DNA of 64,000 nt from Patescibacteria group bacterium (GTDB taxonomy: Bacteria; Patescibacteriota; JAUYIX01; JBHPHK01): positions 10,494 through 74,493 of the forward strand of contig JBHPHK010000002.1 of NCBI GenBank assembly GCA_042569365.1, in the 5' to 3' direction. A model generated the notes under the pieces. It had not been told where the DNA came from and did no database searches. It saw nothing but the letters and a program-made list of their open reading frames with translations. The first letter of the stretch is position 1. Each line of letters begins with the position of its first letter. Positions 17,247 to 26,386 of the stretch are shown in pieces. The position numbers and the translations under genes are program-made.

Positions 17247-18659
17247 ATGCCAGAAATAACAGAACAAGATAAAGAGTTTGTTAAGTCGCTTACGCTGGAA
17301 CGCGCTAAAGACCCCGGCACTTTAGATTTATTGAAAAATCGGGCTATGTTTTTTTGGGAGGAAGATTCTCTAAGTGCCCGAATATTCGCCAGTCTCTTAG
17401 AAGATAAGTTTAATAACCAAGATATGCTTGACTTGCGTCAAGACGCAGTTTTATATCAGAAATATCAGGATCTTATCCTTGAAATGCGAGCAAAAGTTAT
17501 TGGTATTTTGAAACTTGAAGAGCAACAAGAGATTTTGCGCAATAATTTTCTGTCAGCTTATCAAAGTAATAAGAATATTTATGAAGATATAATTGAAAGT
17601 TTTGATTATTATGATGAAGACTTTGCCTTAGTAGAAGCAGAAAAAATTACAAGTGCTTTGAATAATAATCAAGAAACAATCGGAACAGAAAATATTGTAA
17701 TAGCAGGTGATACAAAGCCAGTAAGCCCGCAAATCAAATTCTGGATCAAGGATTTCAATAAATTTGCTGGAGGCATGCAAGTATCCACCGAAAAAATATC
17801 TGAATACTTCAGGCAAAACGATAATGTTCGCAAGCTTGACGAGGGAGAGAAGGAAATACTATCCACTATTATTAAAATAGTTAATAGCATGAAGCCTCCT
17901 CAGATAATAACGGGAGATTTGGCCATAGCTGGTGAGTCTCCAGAGAGAGCGGCTGAATTACAGAAGCTTATTAGTAAGAAGGCCGTTGCTCAATCTGAGC
18001 AAGCTCAGGTTTTAGCTTCTGCTGCGCCAGAGGATGTATTGGAGCCAACGGATGAGGAGATACAAGGACGGCCGCAAGCTACGGGACCAGCAGTAAATCC
18101 GTTAGCGGGACAGCCGAGTGTGGCTATACCTAAACCACCGGCACCTGCTCCGACAGCTACTTTGGCACCTGCGGGCCAAACTTTAGCAGCTCCTATTCCA
18201 AGCGAGCTGACTAAGCCTAAAAAAGGATTCTTTGGTCGTCGAAAAAAACAAAATCACGGAGGTTTGCAGATCCAAGATAGTCCTGCGATACAAAGCGCTG
18301 GTCGTAAGGTTGTGTCACCTCAGCCGACAGTTGCTCAACCTGTTACCGCTCAGCCGACACTAGAAAATAGCCTGCAAACAACTTCTGAGAATGCGATCAA
18401 GGCGTACCCTCAAGGCGGAGTGGAATATATCAATCAATTAAACTCGTCCGTTCAGGCTCGTATACAAGCAGATGCTGCGGCAAAAAATAATTTGGCCAAC
18501 AACTGGAAGCAAAGTCCACTTTATCAAAAATATCTTCAGGTAGGACAGGCAAGTATGCAATCTGGTCGCCCAATTCAAGAGGTCTTGCAGGAAAGTGGTA
18601 GTCAATTAACTCTTGAAGAATTTGAAAAAATTACTGCACTTAGTAAGGCGCTTAGCTAA
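17247..18659 (+). CDS. Cytoplasmic hypothetical protein with Pro/Ala/Gln-rich linker, T4SS-cluster associated
   Basis: 470-aa ORF with helical N- and C-terminal domains separated by a low-complexity linker. Confidence 0.7.
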   Translation: MPEITEQDKEFVKSLTLERAKDPGTLDLLKNRAMFFWEEDSLSARIFASLLEDKFNNQDMLDLRQDAVLYQKYQDLILEMRAKVIGILKLEEQQEILRNNFLSAYQSNKNIYEDIIESFDYYDEDFALVEAEKITSALNNNQETIGTENIVIAGDTKPVSPQIKFWIKDFNKFAGGMQVSTEKISEYFRQNDNVRKLDEGEKEILSTIIKIVNSMKPPQIITGDLAIAGESPERAAELQKLISKKAVAQSEQAQVLASAAPEDVLEPTDEEIQGRPQATGPAVNPLAGQPSVAIPKPPAPAPTATLAPAGQTLAAPIPSELTKPKKGFFGRRKKQNHGGLQIQDSPAIQSAGRKVVSPQPTVAQPVTAQPTLENSLQTTSENAIKAYPQGGVEYINQLNSSVQARIQADAAAKNNLANNWKQSPLYQKYLQVGQASMQSGRPIQEVLQESGSQLTLEEFEKITALSKALS

Positions 18660-18664
18660 TTAAT

Positions 18665-19129
18665 ATGCAATACGAAGTTCCACAATTTATCGAAGTTGAA
18701 GATAAAATTATCGGGCCTTTTACTATTCGCCAGTTCTTGACGATGGTCGTAGGTGCAGTGGCTTTGGCAATACTTTATTTTATGCTTCCGATGATCGCGT
18801 TTATTATCATGGGCATCCCGGTCGTGGTATTTGTGGGAGCATTGGGTTTCTTAAAAATCAATGGACGTCCTTTCTATTTTTTCTTAGCACATTTAACAGG
18901 ATATATTTACCATCCGCGGTTGAGGGTGTGGCGCAGAGACCCAACTCTTCCAGCAGTTAAAGCGAAACAGTCTGACAAGGAAACATTAGAGGCACAAGAA
19001 CGTAAAACTAAGAAACTTCCACGGACAGGCATTGAGCGTTTATCATATATTCTCGATCACGCATCTACGGAAAGCTCAGTATATACAGAGGTGGCTGAAG
19101 AAAAAATCCGCCGCGGTGAAGTTGAATAA
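18665..19129 (+). CDS. prgI: PrgI-family (VirB3-like) protein
   Basis: MQYEVPQFIEVEDKIIGPFTIRQF, two TM segments, KINGRPF and PRLRVW. Confidence 0.9.
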   Translation: MQYEVPQFIEVEDKIIGPFTIRQFLTMVVGAVALAILYFMLPMIAFIIMGIPVVVFVGALGFLKINGRPFYFFLAHLTGYIYHPRLRVWRRDPTLPAVKAKQSDKETLEAQERKTKKLPRTGIERLSYILDHASTESSVYTEVAEEKIRRGEVE

Positions 19130-19141
19130 TAATTATTTTTT

Positions 19142-19867
19142 ATGGCAAAGAAAAACACAACACCATTAGTACAGACGATGCAGAGTTCAGGTTTAGCAAA
19201 TAGACCAGGCCAAAAGCAGAGTACTCAGATGTATCTGGATGTCCAAGAGATCCGTGAAGGTACGGTTGTCTTAAAGGATGGCGCATTAAGATCTGTTCTG
19301 TTGGTATCCAGTATGAACTTTGCTCTGAAGTCTTATGAAGAGCAGGAAGCTATAATTCTTGGCTATCAGGGTTTCTTGAACTCTTTGGATTTCCCGATTC
19401 AGATAGTTATGCAATCCCGTGTCTTAGACATTACTGAATACATCGCGAAGCTAGCAGAGCTTGAAAAACAACAATCCAACGAGCTGTTGCGCATCCAAAC
19501 CGCTTCCTACGGAGAATATATTGGTGAGCTTGTGAAGATCTCCAATATCATGAATAAGAACTTTTATATAGTGGTTTCGTTTTCTCCAGTTGGCGCCAAG
19601 AAGGATTCATTTTTTGGTCGTCTCGGTAAGATTATGAATCCAACGCGCGTCATTAAGCAGGAGGCGCAAAAATTTGCCGAATATAAAAGCCAGTTAGAGC
19701 AACGAGTAATGCAAGTGCAGGGAGGACTAGGAGCAGTTGGACTGAAATCGTTAGCCTTAGGAACCCAGGAATTAATCGAGCTGCTTTATCAAAGTTATAA
19801 CACCGAAAATGTTGGGCAAAAGAGCCTGCCAGATATCGGTGAATTAGATTTAGATCAGACAAGCTAA
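19142..19867 (+). CDS. VirB4/TraC N-terminal-domain-like T4SS protein
   Basis: STQ.YL...EI..G.VVLKDG.LR.VL.VSS.NF.LKS.EEQ.AII..YQ.FLNSL.FPIQI. Lies between prgI and virB4. Confidence 0.82.
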   Translation: MAKKNTTPLVQTMQSSGLANRPGQKQSTQMYLDVQEIREGTVVLKDGALRSVLLVSSMNFALKSYEEQEAIILGYQGFLNSLDFPIQIVMQSRVLDITEYIAKLAELEKQQSNELLRIQTASYGEYIGELVKISNIMNKNFYIVVSFSPVGAKKDSFFGRLGKIMNPTRVIKQEAQKFAEYKSQLEQRVMQVQGGLGAVGLKSLALGTQELIELLYQSYNTENVGQKSLPDIGELDLDQTS

Positions 19868-19872
19868 AATAT

Positions 19873-21759
19873 ATGGCTATTTTCAACCGCAACAATCAAA
19901 CAAATCAACAAGCCGGCGTAGTGCCGCCGGCAACTGCTGCTCCTCAGCAAGTAGTAGCTCCAGGTCAAGAGGAGCTAGAGGTTACGCGTGAGCGTGAAAT
20001 TCTTGAAGCAGAGCGCGTTTACCGTGAGGGCATCGCAACCGTCAAGGATATTATCGCGCCTTCTGCAATGAAGGTGTCTGCTGACAAGATCCAAGTCGGA
20101 GATCATCTAGCACGCACACTTTTTGTATATACATACCCGCGCTTTTTGCAGGTCGGATGGCTTTCACCGATCGTCAATATGAATCAGGCGATGGATATCT
20201 CTATGTTTGTTTATCCTGTTTCGTCTGAGAAGATTTTGAAAACCTTGCGTAAGCGGGCCGCACAAATCTCTTCACAAATAAGAATGGATGCTGAAAAAGG
20301 AAAAGTTCGTGATCCTCTGATCGAATCTGCTCAGGAAAACGTTGAGGTGTTGCGCGACCAGTTGATCCAAGGCACAGAACACCTTTATAAATACGCACTG
20401 TACATTACTCTTTATTCTAAGACTGAAGAAGGACTTGATGAGCTCACTGCTGAGATCGAATCTATTTTGGGTGCGCGCATGATTTTGACGAAGCATACTT
20501 CGTTCCAGATGGAACAAGGTTTCAATTCAACATTGCCACTTGGAAATGATGAGCTTGCGGTAACGAACAACATGAACACATCGCCGCTTGCCACATCTTT
20601 CCCATTCATTTCATCAGAACTCACAAGTAATGACGGAATCTTGTACGGCATCAATCGCCACAACAATAGTCTGATTCTTTTTGATCGCTTTAGCTTGGAG
20701 AATGCTAATTCCGTTATCTTCGCTAAATCAGGTGCTGGTAAAAGTTATACGACCAAGCTTGAGGTGTTGCGCAGCATGATGCTGGGAAGCGATGTGATTA
20801 TTATTGACCCAGAAAATGAATATGAACACATGGCGGCAACGGTTGACGGCGCATATTTGAATATTTCATTGGCTTCAGAAAACAGGCTTAATCCATTTGA
20901 CTTGCCGCGTGAAAGCGATGAGCAAAATGCAGATGTCATCCGTGGCGCCGTAACGAACGTGAAAGGCTTGATCAATCTTATGCTCGGGACTCTCAATGCT
21001 GAGGAAGATTCGATTATGGATCGTGCTCTCTTGGAGACATATGCTAAGAAAGACATCAATGAAAATAGTGATCTACGCACAGTAGAATTTCCGACGATGC
21101 AGGACTTGGCCGAGGTCTTAGAGGGTATTGAAGGCGCCGAGAACCTTCTCATTCGCATTAAGAAATACACCGAAGGTACTTTCTCCGGTCTTCTCAATAA
21201 TCCAACCAATGTTGATCTGCGCAGGCAGCTGATCGTATTTAATATTCGTGATCTAGAGGAAGAATTGAGGCCGATTGGAATGTATCTGATCTTAAACTAT
21301 ATCTGGAATATAGTTCGCCAGGAACTTAAGAAACGCATTCTAATCATCGATGAGGCCTGGATTATGATGCAAAATGATGACTCAGCTCGTTTCCTATTTG
21401 GTATGGCAAAACGCGCTCGTAAATATTTCTTGGGAGTAACCACGATCAGCCAGGATGTCTCAGACTTCTTGGCATCGCGTTATGGCAGAGCGGTGGTATC
21501 CAACTCCTCACTTCAATTGCTGTTGAAACAGTCGCCTTCAACAGTCGATCTGATTCAAGAAGTCTTCCATTTGACGGATGAAGAAAAATTCCTGCTTCTC
21601 GAAAGCGATGTCGGAGAGGGGATATTCTTTGCAGGTCTAAAACATGCCGCGATTCACATTGTCGCGTCTTACTCAGAAGACCAAATTATTACTAGTGATC
21701 CAAGACAATTATTACAAATTGAAGATGCCAAACGAGAATTTGCCGAAGCGCAAGGCTAG
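19873..21759 (+). CDS. virB4: VirB4-like T4SS ATPase
   Basis: Walker A AKSGAGKS, IIDPENEY, LNPFD, Walker B IIDEAW, and RARKY..G...ISQ. Confidence 0.94.
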   Translation: MAIFNRNNQTNQQAGVVPPATAAPQQVVAPGQEELEVTREREILEAERVYREGIATVKDIIAPSAMKVSADKIQVGDHLARTLFVYTYPRFLQVGWLSPIVNMNQAMDISMFVYPVSSEKILKTLRKRAAQISSQIRMDAEKGKVRDPLIESAQENVEVLRDQLIQGTEHLYKYALYITLYSKTEEGLDELTAEIESILGARMILTKHTSFQMEQGFNSTLPLGNDELAVTNNMNTSPLATSFPFISSELTSNDGILYGINRHNNSLILFDRFSLENANSVIFAKSGAGKSYTTKLEVLRSMMLGSDVIIIDPENEYEHMAATVDGAYLNISLASENRLNPFDLPRESDEQNADVIRGAVTNVKGLINLMLGTLNAEEDSIMDRALLETYAKKDINENSDLRTVEFPTMQDLAEVLEGIEGAENLLIRIKKYTEGTFSGLLNNPTNVDLRRQLIVFNIRDLEEELRPIGMYLILNYIWNIVRQELKKRILIIDEAWIMMQNDDSARFLFGMAKRARKYFLGVTTISQDVSDFLASRYGRAVVSNSSLQLLLKQSPSTVDLIQEVFHLTDEEKFLLLESDVGEGIFFAGLKHAAIHIVASYSEDQIITSDPRQLLQIEDAKREFAEAQG

Positions 21760-22258
21760 CTACAAAATTGCGCTCAATATCTTAATAATAGTCGTCATTG
21801 TGGCGGGTGTTTTTTGGATCGGTAGTTATTGGATGCAAATGCCGACCGCTTCACTTATGAGCGGCAAGGTTGCTGAAGAAGAAACGATTGAAATGGTCAA
21901 AACTAAAGCACAACAAATAGTCGAGCTTTATTATACATATTCAGCAGGCGATAGTCCGATGTTGCTGCAGAGTCTCCAGACAAGCGCCACAACAAATGCG
22001 AAAAAACAAATCGCAGAGCTCATTGAAACAAGAAAAGAAACGCAAGGCGGCTTTGTGCAGGTAGCAACAGTAAATGAAACCACTGACGTAAACATTCGGG
22101 AGCGTGCCGCAGCCCTCGATTACACTTTGAAGATTCAACATTATCGTCTCGGTGCAGAAGTCCAGGAGCAAGAAATTTCTGCAACCATTCGTCTAGTTAA
22201 TGAGGATGGTGTTTGGCTTCTTGCCGCTCTTTCCCCCAGTGAAATAACATGGCCTTAG
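21725..22258 (+). CDS. Bitopic membrane protein with NTF2-like (VirB8/TcpC-like) domain
   Basis: Single TM, then VELYYTYS, ending RLVNEDGVWLL. Overlaps the end of virB4. Start reassigned to the ATG at 21725. Confidence 0.6.
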   Translation: MPNENLPKRKASYKIALNILIIVVIVAGVFWIGSYWMQMPTASLMSGKVAEEETIEMVKTKAQQIVELYYTYSAGDSPMLLQSLQTSATTNAKKQIAELIETRKETQGGFVQVATVNETTDVNIRERAAALDYTLKIQHYRLGAEVQEQEISATIRLVNEDGVWLLAALSPSEITWP

Positions 22259-24273
22259 AGTCGCTCAAAAATAAATATTGGATTTTTACAATATTGTTGT
22301 TGGTCTTTATGTTTTGTTTTTTTGTGACTTTGGTGGTAATGCCTGAGCCAAGCTTTGGGTCTACTACAGACCAGGAAAACGATGAAATCAATGACACATT
22401 GAGCTGTAATGGAGCAACGGAAGATAGTCTTGGAGCCGATGCGGATGTCAGTGACTACAATGAGCCGGTTGATGTGACGATAGATGAGGGAAGCGATCTG
22501 ATTGAGTACGATTTTGACGCAGATCAGATCTATGACTCGTCTCAAGCTTTCGTCGGAACGCCACAAGCAGAGATCTTTACACCATCTTATTCATTTCCGG
22601 TGGGCGCAGAGGTATTTCTAAATTTAAACCCGCTCTTTTTCAACTTAACGACGACCAATTTCAGCGATCTTTATGTTGCCTGGTTTCGGGATGACTTTCC
22701 GATGCAGGGCGTGGTAGCGGGTGCAGACTTTTCTACTCTGGAGGGTTTAACGGTAACAGGTATTGGTAACCCGGTTCCAGTCTGTAATTCCGTGAGTCGT
22801 TTAGCTGCGCTTGATACAGACGCAGATGGTCTCGATGATGAATGGGAGCGTCGCTACTTTGTTGATCGCAATCTAGCAGAGTCTATCGAAGCGGTTCTGC
22901 CTGATGATGACTTTGACAGCGACGGAGCTTTGCCGATCAATGCGGTGAATACTGCCGGTGAATTCATAACTGTAGTTCCAGCAGTCTTAGGACAAGATTC
23001 TCTGGATGGAAAATATACCAACTTAGAAGAATACGTTTGGGGCACTGATCCAACCAGTCCAGACACAGACGGCGACGGCCACAGAGACGGGGACGACATC
23101 CTGGGAACGGGTCAAATCCATTTCCTTTATATGAACGAAAAGGAATTCGGTGAGGAGGCTACGGTTGTCCGTGCAACAGCAGTCGGTACAGCTATGCAGC
23201 GCACCTCCAATGACGAGCGTTTGATCAAGATCGACAGTACGACCATAGACATCCTTACTACCAATGAAGAAAACCTGGACGGACACATTATCTTAGAAGA
23301 TAAATATATCCTGCCAAATGAATCGGGCGTGGCTAGATTCGAGCCAATCGGAACCGGGGCTCAGGCGAAGACTCTGGAAATCAACTGGTATGTCGATGGA
23401 GACTTGCAGACGGCGCAATCCGGTTTTTCCCAAACAGTCTTGGACTTTAAAATACCAAGCGATAAAACGACAGGAGATTATCTTGTCATAGCGGCGGCGG
23501 CCACTAATCCAACAACCGGTCAAATATCAAGAATAAGCGAAGTGATCCGTATCGGAGAGCCGATGGTGATGAGTTATCTGGCAGATCAAGCTTTTGCAGA
23601 CGAAATTCTGCCAGTTACGGTTAACTTTTTAAATCCAAATGCTCGCCAAGATTACGTTTATAAATGGTTCATTGATAACACATGGCAGGAAGATATTTCT
23701 GGCCCAGGTCGCAATACACTGCCGCTGGAAATAACCAAGCAAATCGAAGGCGATACTATGGATGTGAAAGTGCAGGTCTTCGAGATCAATTCAAGTGAAA
23801 TGGTCATAGAATTGGAAGAAGAAATTCCTGTTGTAGCGCCAAGTGTGGATTTAATACTCGCACCAGAGAGGCCGCAAGCCGGCAGTACAGTCACAGTTAT
23901 AGCAGACCTGACTCGTTTTCCTGGAAATTCTGTAGAATTTGATTGGACTATTGATCGGTTCGAAGTCGAACAAAAACAAAGCAGTCAAATTAGTTTTACA
24001 GCAGGCGAAATAGGAGCTGAGCATATTGTAGAGCTTGGCGTGCAAAACGATAGAGAACACAGTGATTATGCGGAGGCCATTGCGTTTATCGAGATTTACC
24101 CGTCATCGATCAGTAGTTCAAGTTTTTTAAACTCATCGTTCGGGAAAATACTAGCGCGCCTAAATGTTTCCTCACCTATTCCAATATTAACTTTCTGTGG
24201 CATTGTCCTCGTGATTTTCATAAGTCTTCTGGGAATCAAGAAAGCAACTAATCGTCCTTATAATGACGCGTAA
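22249..24273 (+). CDS. Surface protein paralog 1: TSP3-like Ca-binding repeats + Ig/PKD-like domains, N- and C-terminal TM
   Basis: ENDE..SCNG..ED, DTDADGLDDEWE, YTNLEEYVWGTDP..PDTDGDG, and repeated Y.W..D beta-sandwich signatures. Confidence 0.8.
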   Translation: MALESLKNKYWIFTILLLVFMFCFFVTLVVMPEPSFGSTTDQENDEINDTLSCNGATEDSLGADADVSDYNEPVDVTIDEGSDLIEYDFDADQIYDSSQAFVGTPQAEIFTPSYSFPVGAEVFLNLNPLFFNLTTTNFSDLYVAWFRDDFPMQGVVAGADFSTLEGLTVTGIGNPVPVCNSVSRLAALDTDADGLDDEWERRYFVDRNLAESIEAVLPDDDFDSDGALPINAVNTAGEFITVVPAVLGQDSLDGKYTNLEEYVWGTDPTSPDTDGDGHRDGDDILGTGQIHFLYMNEKEFGEEATVVRATAVGTAMQRTSNDERLIKIDSTTIDILTTNEENLDGHIILEDKYILPNESGVARFEPIGTGAQAKTLEINWYVDGDLQTAQSGFSQTVLDFKIPSDKTTGDYLVIAAAATNPTTGQISRISEVIRIGEPMVMSYLADQAFADEILPVTVNFLNPNARQDYVYKWFIDNTWQEDISGPGRNTLPLEITKQIEGDTMDVKVQVFEINSSEMVIELEEEIPVVAPSVDLILAPERPQAGSTVTVIADLTRFPGNSVEFDWTIDRFEVEQKQSSQISFTAGEIGAEHIVELGVQNDREHSDYAEAIAFIEIYPSSISSSSFLNSSFGKILARLNVSSPIPILTFCGIVLVIFISLLGIKKATNRPYNDA

Positions 24274-26380
24274 ATCAGTAATCATAAGTATATTTTTAAT
24301 AGCTCTTATCGGAGGGTCGTTTTGGCTGTGGTCGCATTACTCTTATGTAAATGGCGAAACGTGGACTGATCACGAAAATGACGAGGCGGATGTACATGCG
24401 GGTGGTCCACACGACATATTTGCGTGTAATGGCGTTCAGGAAGACATGCAGGCACCCACAGGATCATATAACAATTCCTTTCCGCCAGTACAAGTGGATG
24501 CAGATATTGACTGGGATGATCAGGATATAGATATCAACGAAGACTGGATGTCCGATACTCAATTTAATCAAATGATCAGCGAGGGTAGCTTAAGTATGCA
24601 ATCTCCGCAATTGGACATTGCCTTGAGTCCGGTAGCTCCAGAAGAAGGACAAGAAATTGAAGCGACTGCTGCAGTGCAAATGTTGCGTTCGACAGATATG
24701 GAAAGCATGGATACTTATTTTGCCTGGTCGTTGGACGGAGTTTCAATGATGGGTGTTGTGGCCGGGGGCGATCCTTTAGATCTCCTGCCTTCATCTCTGC
24801 GCGACTCCTGCACGACAGTGACGCGCATCCCAGATACAGATGTTGACGGTGACGGCATGGATGATGCGTGGGAAGAGCGCTATTTTGTGCGCCGCAATCT
24901 GGCGGATTCCATCGCAGATGTCTTACCGGAGGACGACGGAGACCTTGATGGCTTTGCGCCTATTGATCTGGTCAATCTTCAGGGTCAACCATTGATCTTA
25001 ACACCGCTACTGAGCACAGCTGCCACTGTGCCGACAGGCACTTTAGATATTCAAGACTCAGCTTACACCAATCTCGAAGAATATATTTGGGGAACTGATC
25101 CAACAGACCCTGATACTGATGATGATGGATACTTGGACGGAGAAGATATTGCCGGACGCGGTCAACTTTCTCTTAAATTCACACCAACCAAAGGCGTTCA
25201 CGATTTCCCGCCGCATCAATTGCGCGCAACAGTCGGAGGAATTTCCTTCCAAACATTGACAGACGACACTCACGACTCTGAAGAATTAGTTAAGTTAGAT
25301 AGTGATGTCAAAGACGTTTTTATCTCAACTGGAGAGAAGCTGGAAGGAATCCTAAATATGCAGCCGGATATAGCGGCGCCTGGAGAGACGGTTACATTTA
25401 CATTCCAACCTCTTCAAACGGATGCTGATCCCGGAGCATTAGCTTACGAATGGCGGTTTGATGGTGAGCCAAAAACTAATCCTCTGCCATCAGCTGAGAT
25501 ATTTGAGTATCTGATTCGTCCTACTGAGCATGAGCCACGCTCCGCAATTGATGTTGATCTGGAGGTGGTCAATCCATCAACGGGGCAATTAACAACTATT
25601 CAAAGTTCATATTTTGTAGCTGAGCCTATCGATCTCGTGCCGATGGATGCTGACATTGTCCCAGGTTCTAGTACAACAGTTAACACATATCTAATATCCG
25701 GCGCAGATCCGAGCGATTTTCTTTTCAAGTGGTATGTCGATAACTCTTTAGATGAAAGAGCTTCGGGGGTTGGTAATAATTCTTTGACATTTGATGTAGA
25801 AGAGGATTTTGGCGGCTATCATCGGGTAAAGCTTGAACTCTTCGACATTAGTAATAGCCGTTTGGTTGGTAGGCAACAAATTGATCTTCCTATCGCCGGT
25901 CCATCTATTGAGCTAACTTTTATTCCTGAAATAGCACAGCCAGGAGAGACGGTGACAGTCGTGGCTGAGGCTGTTAATTTTCCACGAAATCTAGACACCG
26001 ATCAGGACGATATTAATGATGCTTCTCAGATAGAATTTGTATTTGAGCTTGATGGGGCGGAGGTCGGATCAGACATCAACGCAGCAGGAGCAGGGACGAT
26101 GTCGTTTACAGCAGGTAATGATAATGAAATTTATAAGATAAATATTTCGGCAAAAACTACTGGTGAAGAATTTCAATCGGCAGAGGCGATAGGCCAATAT
26201 CAAGTTGGCGCGGGCCCCATTTCATACGAAACCAGTCTTTTTAATCGTTTTACAGCATCGCTTATCCAGAATCCACGAACCTATATTATTTCTGTGATTT
26301 CAATTGGAATTATCACGTTAATATTCTTTCTTGTCTTGCGCAGTATGATGCCGCGTAAAGCAAATAGAAACCAAACTTAA
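24263..26380 (+). CDS. Surface protein paralog 2 (same architecture)
   Basis: ENDE...DIFACNGVQED, DVDGDGMDDAWE, YTNLEEYIWGTDPTDPDTDDDG, and a C-terminal TM with basic tail. Confidence 0.8.
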   Translation: MTRKSVIISIFLIALIGGSFWLWSHYSYVNGETWTDHENDEADVHAGGPHDIFACNGVQEDMQAPTGSYNNSFPPVQVDADIDWDDQDIDINEDWMSDTQFNQMISEGSLSMQSPQLDIALSPVAPEEGQEIEATAAVQMLRSTDMESMDTYFAWSLDGVSMMGVVAGGDPLDLLPSSLRDSCTTVTRIPDTDVDGDGMDDAWEERYFVRRNLADSIADVLPEDDGDLDGFAPIDLVNLQGQPLILTPLLSTAATVPTGTLDIQDSAYTNLEEYIWGTDPTDPDTDDDGYLDGEDIAGRGQLSLKFTPTKGVHDFPPHQLRATVGGISFQTLTDDTHDSEELVKLDSDVKDVFISTGEKLEGILNMQPDIAAPGETVTFTFQPLQTDADPGALAYEWRFDGEPKTNPLPSAEIFEYLIRPTEHEPRSAIDVDLEVVNPSTGQLTTIQSSYFVAEPIDLVPMDADIVPGSSTTVNTYLISGADPSDFLFKWYVDNSLDERASGVGNNSLTFDVEEDFGGYHRVKLELFDISNSRLVGRQQIDLPIAGPSIELTFIPEIAQPGETVTVVAEAVNFPRNLDTDQDDINDASQIEFVFELDGAEVGSDINAAGAGTMSFTAGNDNEIYKINISAKTTGEEFQSAEAIGQYQVGAGPISYETSLFNRFTASLIQNPRTYIISVISIGIITLIFFLVLRSMMPRKANRNQT

Positions 26381-26386
26381 ATCCAT